A DNA stretch of 63,381 bases, counting the filler, from Reclinomonas americana ATCC 50394 (taxonomy: Eukaryota): assembly GCA_048213135.1 (NCBI GenBank). It is 8 parts of 3 records of this genome, joined end to end, with 100 filler letters (N's around TTAATTAATTAA, not from the genome) between each part and the next. Parts side by side here need not be neighbours in the genome. Positions count along the whole stretch, not along the records: positions 9,376 to 27,830 come from PS015159.1; positions 27,931 to 32,057 come from PS015159.1; positions 32,158 to 59,127 come from PS015159.1; 5 more parts are not named here. One strand, 5' to 3'. A program made the position numbers and the translations under genes. Position 1 is the first letter of the stretch, and each line of letters starts with the position of its first letter. Of this stretch, positions 24,101 to 37,724 are shown piece after piece. The notes under the pieces are model-generated. The model saw only the letters and a program-made list of their open reading frames with translations, ran no database searches and was not told where the DNA came from.

Positions 24101-26973
24101 CCCGGGAAAACGGTGCTGACCGCAGAGTCGGCAGTATCCTGCAGGCTCAGCGACACCGACATGCCCGTCATGGACACGGGAATGGGACCCCACACGGCTG
24201 TGTTGGCCACAGAGGCAACGATCGGATAACTGGTGGTGAGGATGGCGCCACCGAGCTGCGCAAGGATGGTCTTGGTGTTGGAGTTGGAGCAAACAAAGGA
24301 CAGTGCCAGCGAGTAGCCGGCATACACCGGTTGGATGGAGGACAGCGAGAATCCAGCGGCGACGACGTTGAAGGTGGCCGACGGGCCGGTGAGTGCGGCA
24401 TCGGACAGCGAGCGCACCAACAACGATACGCCAGTGCCCACTAGAGGTGTCGACACGCTCCACGTCAGCGTCTGCAGGTACCCGTGACCGTCCGACGATG
24501 CCGCAAAGCAGAGTGCCGACGTGAGTGGGCCAATGAGCGTAAACAGTCCGCCACGATCCAGCAGCAGCTCCACACCAGCTCCGGTGTTGCACGAGAACGT
24601 GACTGTGGCAGTACACGTCGAACAGGCGTACACAGTTGTTGCTGGCGCAACCGAGACCACAACAACGCTCGGAGCTGTGTGTGTGTCACCAGCAGTCAGA
24701 AGTGACCGCGCATTTTGCATGTTATCGTGATGCCACTACGTACCGGAAATGACCATGGAGCCGGAGGTTGCCGACACGGAGGCCACGACCGAATCAGCCA
24801 CGGTGAATGTGGCGCTGGGCGAAGCAGCTGAAACAGGCAGGCTGATTGTCACCGTGTTGGCGGCACCCGATGAGAAGCACGTACTCGGAAACTGGCCGAG
24901 GAAGAGCGACGCTTGTCCTTGCCGCAGCAGAGTCACGCGCACGGTGGACACTGCCGGGTCGAAACACTGTTGTGCGCGATGACGAGGGGTGAGTGAACAC
25001 ACACACGCCGAGGGACAAAAAGCAATCCAAAAGGCACGCAACATTCCACGACAGGCGTGCCGTTCCAGCGGCAACCAAAGCCACCGAAGGCGCAATCGGC
25101 GCCACCATGACGCCGGTCATGCCCGTTGTCAACGTAAATGGCGACGACACAGCGCGGCCCGCAAGTGGTCGATCCGCATCTCGCACCATCCACACGTAGG
25201 AGGTGGCGGCGAGTGTGTACGCTGCCGAGGCCGTCCATCGGTACGACGGGAAGCCGGAGCACACGGCGCCAGGCAGCGAGTCCACGCGAACCGCGGTTCC
25301 GCCACTGCCTGTGGCCGGCACAAGGAGGACCTCCAGAGTCGCCAGTGTGGTACCGCCGAGATTGTTGTCGCACTGCCAGGTGATGGTGTAACTGCGACCA
25401 ATCACCGCAATGCTCGGCGGCGACGCCACCGGCACCGTCACATTGGAGATGGCCTTGCGCACCGGCAGCGATGTGGACGACCCAACGACGGTTCCGTCGG
25501 ACGAGTCGCGCACCACCAGCACCACATTTGCGGAGCCACTGAGCAGCGCGCTGCTCGCACTGCTCCACGTGTAGGTCTGCGTCGTGGGATTGAGCGCGGC
25601 GCACGTGGTCGGATACATGGACACGGCGGTGGCCAGCGTGGAACCCGACACGGCATCCGTGATGAGGATGTCGACCGCTGTGGTGCCCTCGTATTGGCAC
25701 GTCCACGTCACTTGCAGCGGGTAGTCCAAGTAGACGGCGACCAACGATGCAGTTGACACGGTGATACTGCGCTTGTAGACGGTGAAGTGTCCAGATGAGG
25801 CGGTGACGCTGCCGGCGGCCACCGTGACCACAAAGTTGGCGCCGAGCGTGCTAGTGTCCGGTGTCCAGTTGTACACGTTGAGCTTGTCGTGCAGGAGCAC
25901 TGAGTCGCATGACGCTGCCGCCGTGCCAATCATCAACGGCGAGCCGAACGGAATGGTGATGCCGTCGGCCACAGTCAGCGTGACCGAGGTCGTCTGCCAG
26001 ATGGACACGAAGAAGTTAGAGGTGAAAAGCAGGCGCCAGCTCCCATGTCAATACATGCAGACGCAACAGACGGTGACGAGCAGCGCCACGAAATCGTGCT
26101 GCCGGCACCAGCATAGATGACCGAGGTGGAGACGGGCGCAACAATCACGGAAGAGATTTGTGCAGCTGCAGAGGGAATTGTTGAGAACACATCGCTGAGA
26201 CCGTGCACGGAAAGGAAAATCACCTGGCACAGTAAATGTGTTGCTGTCGCCGTACAGCCACGAGCGCGACAGGTCCGTGATACGCACTGACCACGAGCCG
26301 GCGGCCAGGCTGGAGACGGTCCACGTGCGCGTCTGCAGGGCTGGCGAGGATATGCCGCACGCCACGGGGACTGGCGAGGCAATGGGGACCGATGGTGACG
26401 CTGGAACCATCAGTGAAACGGAGGTGGTCTGCGGGTCACTGCAGCGCCACTGAATGGTGATCGTGTTGTTGCCGGTGAGTGGGTTGAACGGCGACACCGC
26501 GACGTCGTAGATGCGTGCCTGCAGCAGTCGGAACGATGCACTGCTGACTAGAGGCACCGACAGCCGATCGCCGTCGCGCAGAATCAAAGTCGCTGGATCA
26601 GCCTCCAGCGTCTGCGGTATTGTCCACACCACCGTCTGCGTCGGGCACGAGAGAGCCGCCGAGAACGCAATCACCCGCTGCAGTACCGACGGACCCTGCA
26701 TCCACACCTCTGGTCGCACCAACTGGCTGTTGGCGCGACACGAGATTTGTACAGTGTACGAGCTCCCGCTCATGGCCACGGACGACACCAGTGGTGCGAT
26801 CGACAGCGCAGTGGCGGTGTCGGCCACGTCCACCGTGCCGGTGAGTGCGGCTGCAACGGTGCCGTCGGCGTCATCGGTGACCGACAGGGTGAGGGCGGTG
26901 CCGAGTGGCGTTGCCAGCGGAACGGTCCACGTCACCACGTTGACGGTGCCGGAAGCGCCGGCACCACATGTGG
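18138..26973 (-). CDS. Giant type I membrane protein: ~18 Ser/Thr-rich Ig-like repeats, single TM helix, long Pro-rich cytoplasmic tail (5' partial)
   Basis: ~100-aa repeats of the form x-I-x-W-x-C...C...TW...VRD...S-x-x-F-x-V. TM helix WWIIGAAGGAFFLLCGLVFAVWLV followed by RRRRRQKR (~20240-20330). Tail ends at stop 18138. Confidence 0.75.
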
Positions 26974-27261
26974 NNNNNNNNNNNNNNNNNNNNNNNNNNN
27001 NNNNNNNNNNNNNNNNNNNNNNNNNNNNNNNNNNNNNNNNNNNNNNNNNNNNNNNNNNNNNNNNNNNNNNNNNNNNNNNNNNNNNNNNNNNNNNNNNNNN
27101 NNNNNNNNNNNNNNNNNNNNNNNNNNNNNNNNNNNNNNNNNNNNNNNNNNNNNNNNNNNNNNNNNNNNNNNNNNNNNNNNNNNNNNNNNNNNNNNNNNNN
27201 NNNNNNNNNNNNNNNNNNNNNNNNNNNNNNNNNNNNNNNNNNNNNNNNNNNNNNNNNNNNN

Positions 27262-27735
27262 GGCCTGCCAGTTGGCACCGACTACCGCGTGCAAGTCACG
27301 GCTGTTGGCATTTCGTCGGTGGTGGGCACGAGTCCACCATTTTCAGTTGTCGGTACGTGGAGATTGGAGATGAAGGGTGTGCACAATACGTAGGGGGAAG
27401 ACTCATTGCCCCTTATCCTTCTGTCAAAACACAACAGCTCGAGCCATCTGGTCTGTCGCTGTGGCCCCACTCACAGACCCACTCGGTCATTTCGGTGGCG
27501 CCTCGTCGATTGTCACGTTCCTGTGCAACTCGTCCGTCACCACCACCAACGGTGTCACTCTGCTTGTCAACGGCGTCACCTCCATCGGCTCTATTGCCAC
27601 GCCCACATGCGACGGCAGCACCGTCAACTCGTTCACGTGGCCCATATCGTCGGCCCTGCGCGGCACCACGGCATTTGTGCGCGTCAGCCAAACCGATCTG
27701 TCCATCTCGGCCGACTCGACCATGTTCTCCGTTCA

Positions 27736-27737
<2 letters not shown>
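27262..27737 (+). CDS. Exons of the same Ig-like repeat family, on an inverted contig
   Basis: DYRVQVTAV..SPPFSVV and VTFLCNSS..PTCDG..FTWPI..VRVSQTD..SADSTMFSVQ. Confidence 0.65.
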
Positions 27738-27826
<89 letters not shown>

Positions 27827-28040
27827 GTCTNNNNNNNNNNNNNNNNNNNNNNNNNNNNNNNNNNNNNNNNNNNNTTAATTAATTAANNNNNNNNNNNNNN
27901 NNNNNNNNNNNNNNNNNNNNNNNNNNNNNNACGACGACACGACGAGACGAACGAGAGTAGTACGACGACGACGAGTGTGTCGTCTACACAGCGCGACACA
28001 GAGAAGAACGACGAGACGACGACGTTCGTCGTACGACAAC

Positions 28041-28097
<57 letters not shown>

Positions 28098-28179
28098 ACA
28101 CACACACACTCTCCCTCCACCCCACCTCACTCACTCTCTCTCTCTCTCTCTCTCTCCTCTCCAGGGAAACACCTCGCTT

Positions 28180-31100
28180 CCGCACACTGGCGACCCTGGT
28201 TCCCATCACTCCCGGGCTTCCCTTTGCACCGCTCTCCTACACTCCCGCCAGCATTCCATCACTCGACGCCACTGCCAACATTCAGCTGAGCATTCGTGGA
28301 GCGCCGACAGTGCTCGACACGTTTCTGATGACTGGCGGATCGTGCACCGGTGGCACCAAGTACACCATGAACAGTGGCGCAGTGGTGGCCTTTGCGTACA
28401 CGGCCAGTGTGCCGAATGCGTTGCTGGCCGCTGGCAACTATGCCGTGTGCACTGATATGGTTGGTGCCTCCATCCCTCCGCCTTTCTCTCTCCTGTCTTT
28501 CGCTTAACTCACGATCTTTTGTTTGCAGGGGTATTCGTCCGTGGTGATGACAGACGGCACTGCCGACAACTACGCGGGCGGTCAGGAGACACCCCAGGCG
28601 GCCAGCGCCGGTCTGGTGATGAATGTGGGCGCTGTGGCGACGCGACAGTACGACGAGGGCGGAAGCAACAAGTTGCGATGTGCCTTTCGTCGTCGCCCGC
28701 TCAGAGAGTCACGCCATGTGGCTCACGCGTCGGTGCTGTTTGCAGGACTCTGATTACGACTTTTACGGGTCTGCCGGCTTCGGCTGACCAGGTCGTGTTC
28801 ACGTTTGCTGCATCGTTGCGTCTGGTGCACTCCGTCGATTGCGCGCTCTTCTGACAACCCGCGGCTGCAGGCCGGTGGGCAACTCGCTCGGTGGACCTGC
28901 GTTGGACACAGTGACTCTGCTTGTCACCGACGACACCACCGGCGCTGCGCTGGCCACGCAGACGACCACACTGGGCGCACTCGCCGGCAACACGTGGATC
29001 AATAGCAATTTTCCCACCGGCTTCACCTTTTCCATCACTCTCAACGCCAGCGTACAGACGGCGGCACTCGGCAACGACAAGCTCGATGTAATCATTGACA
29101 GCAACTCAGTGGTGGACTATACGAGTTTGTCCATCGACACGGTACGTCCTGCTCTCTCCCGTTCTTGTCTCTCTTCCACTCACCCTCCTTCGCCTTGTGT
29201 GTAGGTTCTGACGATGCAAGTGCCGGGTGGTGATCTGGTAGTCGGTCAGTCCTCCTCTCCTCCCTTGCCACATTGCCTCTCCCTTTCCTAACCTGACTGT
29301 TCGCACAGCCGCCCCGACGTACACCGGCTTCACACCTGCGTATTTGCCCATCACCGCTGGCAACCAGACGGTGGTGGTCAGCGGCAACAACATGCGTAAC
29401 TTGGCCGCCGATGCCACCGCCTTCCGCATCGCTGTGTCGTGCAGTGCGCCGAGTGCTTCGAATCCCACCAGCGTGTCCTCCACCTCCATCTTGTCGGTGC
29501 GTAACAGCTACAACAGTATCACGCTGACGATCAACGACAATGGTGCGGCGACGGGTGCGTATCAATTGTGCGTCCGCTCCACTCCGACCGGCAACTTCTC
29601 CACGGCCGATGGTGCCGCCGGCAGCTTTTGGCTCTGTACGTCTCTCGCGCATTCCTCTCTCTGTGCTGCTTTCCATCTCTGACACGGTGACCGTGACACA
29701 GACCCGCTGTTCTCCACGCTGTACCCGGTCTACATTGCAAACGTGTCGGGGCAGCGCATCAGCCTCGCCGGCACCAATATGATGAATCCATTCAGCTTTT
29801 TCGTCTCGACCAGTGCCACTTGCACGCCCGTGTCGGCGACTGCCACCACGGCGCTCGTGACGTCCGTCTGGACCAACACCAATGTCAACGGATCGACACT
29901 CACTGCCGGCACCACGGTGACGGCATGCGTCACGTGGTTCAACGGCATGCCCGCTCTACCGCTGGCGCCCACGGTGACTGTCACCACGCTGGGTACGGCG
30001 CAGGTTGCCGTCGGCGAGTACGACGCATCACCCTTTGTGGAGCTCTTCGCCTTTGGACCCAACGCAGTGACGATGACGGTTCCTCCCCCCGATTCCCGTT
30101 GTCCCCCCTCTCGCTGTGCTCATTGTGGAATGTGCAGTCGTGGCAACTTGCGACCTCTGGTGGCGTATACACCATTCCCACCACGACCATCGACAGCGGT
30201 CGGGCAGTGGTGCTGACGCCAAACAAGTCGTCGTTGGAGAGTACGTGGCGAGCGGGTGTGGCCGACAGTCGCGTGGTCCAAGTGGTCAGTGCATCGCCCT
30301 TGTACCTACACCTTTTTTTCTTTGGCGACTCTCATCCTGCGTGTAGGCGTCGATGACCCTCAACAATGTGCGTGGAGATGTGGTCACGATTCTCGATGCC
30401 GCCGGCTCGATTGTGTGGCAAGCCGCGTTTTCCATTCTCTCCCTCGGCACTCGTGTGTGGCTGTCTACGCCGAATATGTACATTAGTCGGCAATACTTCA
30501 ACGTGCAGCTCGCCGGTGTCGACTCTACCGGCACGCTGGGCTACGAGAGCAGCACCGAGCCAGGGTGAGTGTTGCTGGGCTGCCATTTTTGATTGTCAGC
30601 CATGGGCTCACATGCATGGTGGGCGCAGCTACCGTTGGTACAATCCACTCGTCGGCTCACCATTGTACGGCCCACAATCAAGTGCGTGGTCCTGTCTCTC
30701 CTGTCTCTCCTCCTTCTTGCACAAGCTGTGTGTGACTTTCTTCTTCGTCCAGCCTCCGACGACTCCAATGTGTGCTTGTACGCCGGCAACTCAAGTGCCG
30801 GCGACACGAACGGCGGTGCGCTGTCAGGTGCTCAGTTCAACGGTCCCCGCGGCCTCGGCTACTCCACCGGCACCCGCGATGTGTACGTTGCAGATTCGAC
30901 GAGTCATGTAGTGCGGCGCATCAACGCGGCCGGTGTGGTGTCGCTGTTGGCTGGCATTGTCGGCACTGCGGGCGGTGTCGACGGACTGCGTGGTACGGCC
31001 ACATTCTCCAGCCCGTACGGCGTTGAGGCCGACGACACACGAACGGCGGTGTATGTGACGGAGAATGGCGGACATCGTGTACGCAAGTTTCGCACGCACC

Positions 31101-32030
31101 ATCACCCGTAACATATATGTTGCATGTGTCTGGATGCTCATGGTGGTGGTGCTTGCAGGATCGACCTCAAGTTCGACTACGTGCAGACGTGGGCAGGCAG
31201 CACGAGTGGCACGCCGGGCTTTGCCGATGGAACAGGAACCGGCGCCACGTTTCGTCAGCCATCTGGCATCCGCCTGTCCTCCACCACATTGTATGTGGCA
31301 GATACGGTCGGTGTGCTCGTAGCAGTCCACCTGTCCATTCTACTGTTGCGCTCAAGCGCCTCCTTCGCACAGCTCAACCACGCTATCCGTGCGGTGGATG
31401 TGACCACAGGTCAGTGTGCATTGTGTAACCCCGCACCACACCGTTCACAGCGTCTCAATGTGTGCTTGCCAACCAGGCGTGGTCACTACTCTGGCGGGCA
31501 CGGGAGTGGCGGGCTCCGGAAACGGCGCGCTGACCTCTGCGACATTCTCCAGCCCTCTCGACCTCACCATGCTGTCCTCCACGACAATGGCCGTAGCAGA
31601 TTCGGTGCACTTTATTGTTCCGAGTATTCTCTCCCACACTATATACTTTGGCAACTCATAGTGCGTGCGACAGGGCACCAACTTGGTTCGCTTTGTCGAC
31701 ATAGCCGGAAGTGCGTGCAACGCTGTTGTCTGTTTGTGAATCGTCGTTGTCGAACTGTACTCTGCTCCCCCTCGCTCGCAGACTCGGTGTCCACACTTGC
31801 CGGTGGTGGCGCCTCCGTATCCAATGTGGCCACGTCGCACCTCATGTCTCAGCTCGCGGCCGTGGAAAGCACCTCACTGAGTCGTGTGTTGATCGCGGAG
31901 GCCAGCGTCGTTCGTCTGCTCTACGGCGGCAATCTCGTCACATTCGCCCGCTCGGCACCACTCGTACAGTCGCCAGTTGCCCTGCGATACATGCCGTCGG
32001 GAATCGCTGCCCTCATTGTCGACCAGGTGT
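28180..32030 (+). CDS. Extracellular protein fragment: TIG/IPT-like domains, lamin-tail-like domain and NHL repeats
   Basis: TIG-like: GFTPAYLP..VVVSGNNM..GAYQLCVR. LTD-like: FVELF..SWQL..YTIP..LNNVRGDVVTILDAAG. NHL: AQFNGPRGL..VYVADSTSHVVRRI, ATFSSPYGV, ATFRQPSGI..LYVADT. Confidence 0.7.
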
Positions 32031-32157
32031 GCTGAGATCTTGAGGGAGTGCCTTGTTNNNNNNNNNNNNNNNNNNNNNNNNNNNNNNNNNNNNNNNNNNN
32101 NTTAATTAATTAANNNNNNNNNNNNNNNNNNNNNNNNNNNNNNNNNNNNNNNNNNNN

Positions 32158-33811
32158 ATGTCTGGCGCCAGCTGTCGATTCTCACAATGTAGTGCAGCTG
32201 CTGCCCCGGTCCCCATGGCAGCCCCCGTTGAGCCGGCACCAGTGGCGCCCCTCGCCACTCCGCGCGTGTTGCCCGCCTCGCAGATCACTGTGACGGAGCA
32301 CGGTAGTGGTGAGTGAGAGATCTTGCCTGGTGGGTGACTGCCCCCTTGCTCATGTAAGCTCTCCGCACCCCCCTCCTCAGCTCACACAAGCGACTTTGAT
32401 AGCGCAAGTGAGTTTGTCAGTGGTGTCTTCAGTGTGCTGTCTTGTCACTGTCGCTTACTGCGTTCGTAACACAGATGCCGAGCTCATGAACATTAGCGAG
32501 CGTTGCGTCTTTTGGCAACTGTTATCATTGGTGACGAGTATTCTTAACGCTTGCTTCTTTCGCCAACAACAGGATTCAACCGCATGTACGAGAAGTATGA
32601 GGAGGGAGAGATCGACGAGGGTGCTCTGGACGAGTTGCTTGCCGACGGTGCGTCACACTCTCCCCGGTACTTGCTTGTCGTCTTGGGACCTTGCGACTCA
32701 TTTTTGTGTGCACAATCATAGTGACTCACTTTGTCGACTACCACGACTTGTCGCACTCTGCGACTCGCGAGAGTTGCGTCATAGTCTTTCACATTCGCCG
32801 CATCCTGCAACTGACAGACTTGCATCTTTCACAGTTGTCGAGGACCACCTGCACGAGGATGAGCACATTGCGGAGATGTTTGAGGAGGAGGGNNNNNNNN
32901 NNNNNNNNNNNNNNNNNNNNNNNNNNNNNNNNNNNNNNNNNNNNNNNNNNNNNNNNNNNNNNNNNNNNNNNNNNNNNNNNNNNNNNNNNNNNNNNNNNNN
33001 NNNNNNNNNNNNNNNNNNNNNNNNNNNNNNNNNNNNNNNNNNNNNNNNNNNNNNNNNNNNNNNNNNNNNNNNNNNNNNNNNNNNNNNNNNNNNNNNNNNN
33101 NNNNNNNNNNNNNNNNNNNNNNNNNNNNNNNNNNNNNNNNNNNNNNNNNNNNNNNNNNNNNNNNNNNNNNNNNNNNNNNNNNNNNNNNNNNNNNNNNNNN
33201 NNNNNNNNNNNNNNNNNNNNNNNNNNNNNNNNNNNNNNNNNNNNNNNNNNNNNNNNNNNNNNNNNNNNNNNNNNNNNNNNNNNNNNNNNNNNNNNNNNNN
33301 NNNNNNNNNNNNNNNNNNNNNNNNNNNNNNNNNNNNNNNNNNNNNNNNNNNNNNNNNNNNNNNNNNNNNNNNNNNNNNNNNNNNNNNNNNNNNNNNNNNN
33401 NNNNNNNNNNNNNNNNNNNNNNNNNNNNNNNNNNNNNNNNNNNNNNNNNNNNNNNNNNNNNNGGCTGTGGAGGAGGTGAACGACGAGGATGCCTCTGCGC
33501 TGCTGACGTTTGATGCCAGTGAGTTTGGCGCCAACCACCACATACACCTGCCTGATGCTGTTGGAACTCACCCCCACGTCTCGTCAGGCAATGATGTTGC
33601 CGAGGCTGCTGAGGAGCAAGTTGAAGGTGCGTGATTCGCTGGTGCTTGTGCGCTCCACTCGGCAACCAACACTTGTTTTGTTGGTTGTGGCAGAGGTGAT
33701 GGAGGCTGAGGTGACCAATCTCTCCGAGGCTGCGGCCACCACGACCGCCACCTCGATGACCACGATGCCGTTGAAGGTGGAGGAGATGCCTGGTGCGTTT
33801 TGTGAGATGCT
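32158..33811 (+). CDS. Acidic, low-complexity protein fragments, probably parts of the 34055 gene on flipped contigs
   Basis: Exons YEKYEEGEIDEGALDELLAD, EDHLHEDEHIAEMFEEE and AVEEVNDEDASALLTFD. Confidence 0.4.
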
Positions 33812-33831
33812 NNNNNNNNNNNNNNNNNNNN

Positions 33832-34055
33832 TCCTCCACCACTGCCTCCTCCTCCTCCTCCATCATCACCGACTCGGTGGTCGACGTGGCCACCAGCATC
33901 AGATACGCGTCGCTGTCCTTGGTGTGCACCGTCAGCGGGGCCGGCGTCGACATGACAGCCGCGCTGTCGTTGTGCATCTGCATGAACACCACACTGGTGG
34001 TGATCATGCAGGCCACGAGGAACAACACGCCAGCAAGTGCCGAGGAACGATGCAT
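33832..34055 (-). CDS. 5' exon of a signal-anchored/secreted acidic protein
   Basis: MHRSSALAGVLFLVACMITTSVVFM...MMEEEEEAVVE, running into a gap. Confidence 0.5.
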
Positions 34056-34185
34056 CTCTCTTCTTTTTCTTTTTCTTTTCTTCTTTCTCACTCTCCCGCG
34101 CGCGCGCAGTGTTTGTTGAATAGAAAAACAACGACGGAAAAAAAGAATTGAACGTTACTCTGCTCTCCTCTCGCCACTCGCACAA

Positions 34186-37100
34186 ATGCAACGGTCGAAA
34201 CGGTCACCATGGGGTTTCACCAAAGGATACCGCAACCCATCTTCTGAAGCCTTCTGTTGCGCTGCTTGCACGAGAATGTCATGCGTGCGTGACGACGTGT
34301 GGTCCCTCGTGCCCCCAGCAAGAAAAACCCGATTTGGTGGCCTCCTCTCAGTGCTGGTGGTGGCAGCCTGTATCGCTCTCACAGTTGTCCTCGCTCATCA
34401 AGGTCAGAAACCCTCACAGCTCCTTCCCCTTCACTCGCTCGCCTCACATTCCCCCCCTCTCAGAATGGGGACGCAAGATGATGGTCAGCGAGCTAATCCG
34501 CGAAGACAAGGCACCCACAATCAGCATCAGCTTTCAGTGCCCGTCTCCCGTCGATTCCGATCGCATTCTCGGCTGTTTCATGGAACAGCGCCGTGAGAGT
34601 ACCTCCTCGTCTCCATGCACACCAGCGCAGAGTTTGGTTTCTCCGCTTCGCATGCCCAAGTCGAGTCTCTTCCTCCCTCACACGCAGCGACATGCAGTGT
34701 CGATCACGGGCGCTGGTGGATGGATGTCACTGGCCGTGTGCCCCACTGGCGGTCCTGTGCATGTGACCACCGTGCTGCGAGCACCGACAAGCGCGGTGGT
34801 TACAGTCGCGCTCCTCAATCGACGGGTTACTCTCGGCGGTGCCGTCTTTGACCTGGAGATCACCGGTGAGTCTGCATCGTGGTCGACGATTGGTTCGTGA
34901 GGCTGAATGACCGCAATGGCACAGGAGTCCCATGGTCCGCATCTAGCAGTGCCACCCATCGCAATGTGTTTCTGGCGGGTTGGACCGCCGGCTGGAGTCC
35001 CACGGACGGCGTGTCGAGCTCGTGGATCTCACGTTGCGCAAACATAATGTCACTTCTCCGTGCACGGCAATGACTGACACCGCTGTGCGTACAGTCCTCG
35101 GTGACGTTATCATGAACGAGGCGCTGCCGGCGACATTGACATTCAAGTACAACAGCAATGTTGCGTGGCATCAGCCGCAGCACTCCCTTCATGTCTCCTT
35201 GCCTCACCGTTGTTCACCACATTAGAATAATGGCTCATCGTCGTCGTCGGCGCAAGTTGTGATCCCGAGTGTGCCAGTGGAGAGCGACGGCGACGCAGTG
35301 GCCTCCAGCAGCGTGTACAGGGCATCGACGGGTGGCAACTTGGACTTTAACTTTGGTGACGCCCCACTTCCTGTATAAGTACATCGTTGGCATAACCATA
35401 TGCACTGACGCCCCTTCTCCTGCGTGCAGTGCAACGTGCGGATCGCATCAGCGAAACCTCGCTGACACTGACCGTGGCACCATTCAGGTGTGCAGGCACT
35501 CCTTCCGCAGTTTGTGCTCTCGGTGACTCAGCGAATGACCCATTCTGCTTCACATCAGTGCAACTGGTGCCGCCAACACATTCCACACCATGAGCACCAC
35601 CGCGTCGCCGGCGCCATGGATGGTTCACGATAACAATCAGTCGCAAGTCGGTGACCTCGGTTCGCTCGCCACTGCGAGCACACGCCGCGTGGCGCAGTCC
35701 GACCCCGACTACGGCTTCACGTGCCCCACCAACGCTGCATTCGGGCCGTGCGAGGCAGCCGTGTATCGCACCATTCGGCTGCCGCTTTCGTGGCGTGTGT
35801 GGATCAACACGAATTCGTGGCACAGCACACCAGCACTGATCGTCATCTGTGCCATTCTCGGTGGAGTCGTTTTCCTCGCAGCCGTAGGGTTCCTGCTCAA
35901 GCTCCTCTTCTCCAATGCGTGGCGCACGTTCGATGAAGTAGGTGTTGCGCAACCGTTCACTGCTCGCAGCGGCTGAGCTGACGAAATGAGCATCATCGCA
36001 GGATGGGGCGTTGATGCCGAGTGGCGACGAGGAAATGGCACTGGACAGATGTATGCGTTCGTGTCGCCGCACATGTTACGTCCCGCGCTCACGACTCTCT
36101 TCTCAAAATAACTGTCCACTGACACGTGCGGTTGTGCGACAGGCAAGTGCAAGAAGCACAAATCGCCACGCGACAAACCGTCATTGCCAACTTTCGGTGC
36201 GATGGCTCCCTGCTCTCGAGAAGCATTCCACTACGCGACTCACACGCCGCACATGTCGTGCACAGGCGACCAAGCAGCCAGTCCGACCTCATTTATGATG
36301 CGTTTGGAGCGCTATCTGCGCAGCGGCAGTGACCCAGCACCGGCCGACAGCGCAGGCGAGGAGGTGCATGTCCACGAGGTTTACATCGAACCTGAAGCGG
36401 CGGTGATTGTAGACGAAGTGGAACTTGATGTTGACGAGGTGGAGGCTGTGCCAGAGGACAGCACTGGTCATCCGGCCGCTGAACACGACGACAATACGTC
36501 AGACCCCACGGAATGTTGCGTGTCAGTGTGCGTGCCCGTCGAACCGAAGAGTTTTATTATGGGCTCACTGTCTGCCCATTGTTCACACGTGCAGTTAGTC
36601 CGCGTGACCAACCGCTGCCGTCACCGCCGGCACCAGCCACATCGATTCATCCACCGACGCCACTTGTTCGTCAGCCGGGTCAGAGAAAGCCGACGGCGAA
36701 GCTCACTCGCTGGTCCAATTTCCGCGCCGAGAATCCGTCACGCACGGCACCACCACCACTGCCACCCACACCCGACGTCACCGGTGAGAGTGCTGGCGTG
36801 CACATCTGACCAAACTCTCTCACTCTCTCCCTCTCACACAAGTGTGCTTTGCAGCACAACGACGCATGTCGCAAAAAGTAACGCGCTCAAACAGCTCCAG
36901 AGGCCCGATCGCGCAGCAGCGATGGGCGCCCAGTTGCGTTCCTCCCACCTCATGCCGACACACTCTGCTCAATCGCGGCCCTTCTCACCACCGTGTGTGT
37001 TTGTGTGTGTACAGGATCCACTCCTCGCGCGGTCGACGATCGCAAAGTTCGCGTCGTGCTCAGTATCGAGGTGGCCGATGGTGTGATGCGAGACATTGAA

Positions 37101-37350
37101 TATCGTGACGGCGATGCCCCACTGGCACTGGCCTGCCAGTTCGTCGACAGGTGAGTAATCCCGAATGCCTCCCCCCCACATCGATATCGAAATTCAACAA
37201 AATCTCCCCCCTCTCTCTTCCCCTCTCCTCAGACACAACCTGCAACCTGGCGCCGTGGACATTATTGCCGCGCGTCTACAAGAACTCGTCGACGCCAGGA
37301 GGCGAGACTCGACTCCTAGCGTCTCACGGACCTCATCGCCACCGCAATGA
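34186..37350 (+). CDS. Two-TM protein with ERGIC-like TM motifs, a large luminal domain and a PFU-like C-terminal domain
   Basis: TM1 RKTRFGGLLSVLVVAACIALTVVL and TM2 LIVICAILGGVVFLAAVGFLL. Last exons VVLSIEVADGVMRDIEYRDGDAPLALACQFVDR|HNLQPGAVDIIAARLQE. Confidence 0.5.
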
Positions 37351-37690
37351 ACATTTTCGGACAATTTAGTTCTTAGACGAGATGTTTTGCAAGTTGTTGC
37401 GGCTTCCTCTCGTCCTCTGCTCCACCCCCAGTCGTTGCTAGTCTGTGTTGCCCTGCTGGGTGCTGTCCAGCAGAGTGGCCGTGGAAGCACCGATTCACTT
37501 GCACTGGAATTTCGTTCGATTTCTCGAAAATTGGTTTATTTTGCGCACACTGGAAAACCGAAGTGCCATAAAACCGTAGGCCGGAGATCGGTTTGCTCAC
37601 ACTAGCCCCTCTACGTCTTCGAGAGAGCGAAAGCAACTCCCCCAACAACAAACAACAACACTCTTCCTTTTTACCACAACCCATCCCATC

Positions 37691-37724
37691 ATGAAGGTCG
37701 TCTGCGTCGGTGCTGGTTATGTCG
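37691..37724 (+). CDS. First exon of UDP-glucose 6-dehydrogenase (rest in gap; 37834-37924 may be its 3' end)
   Basis: MKVVCVGAGYV(G) followed by a GTGAGT donor; matches the UGDH GAGYVG Rossmann start. Confidence 0.6.
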
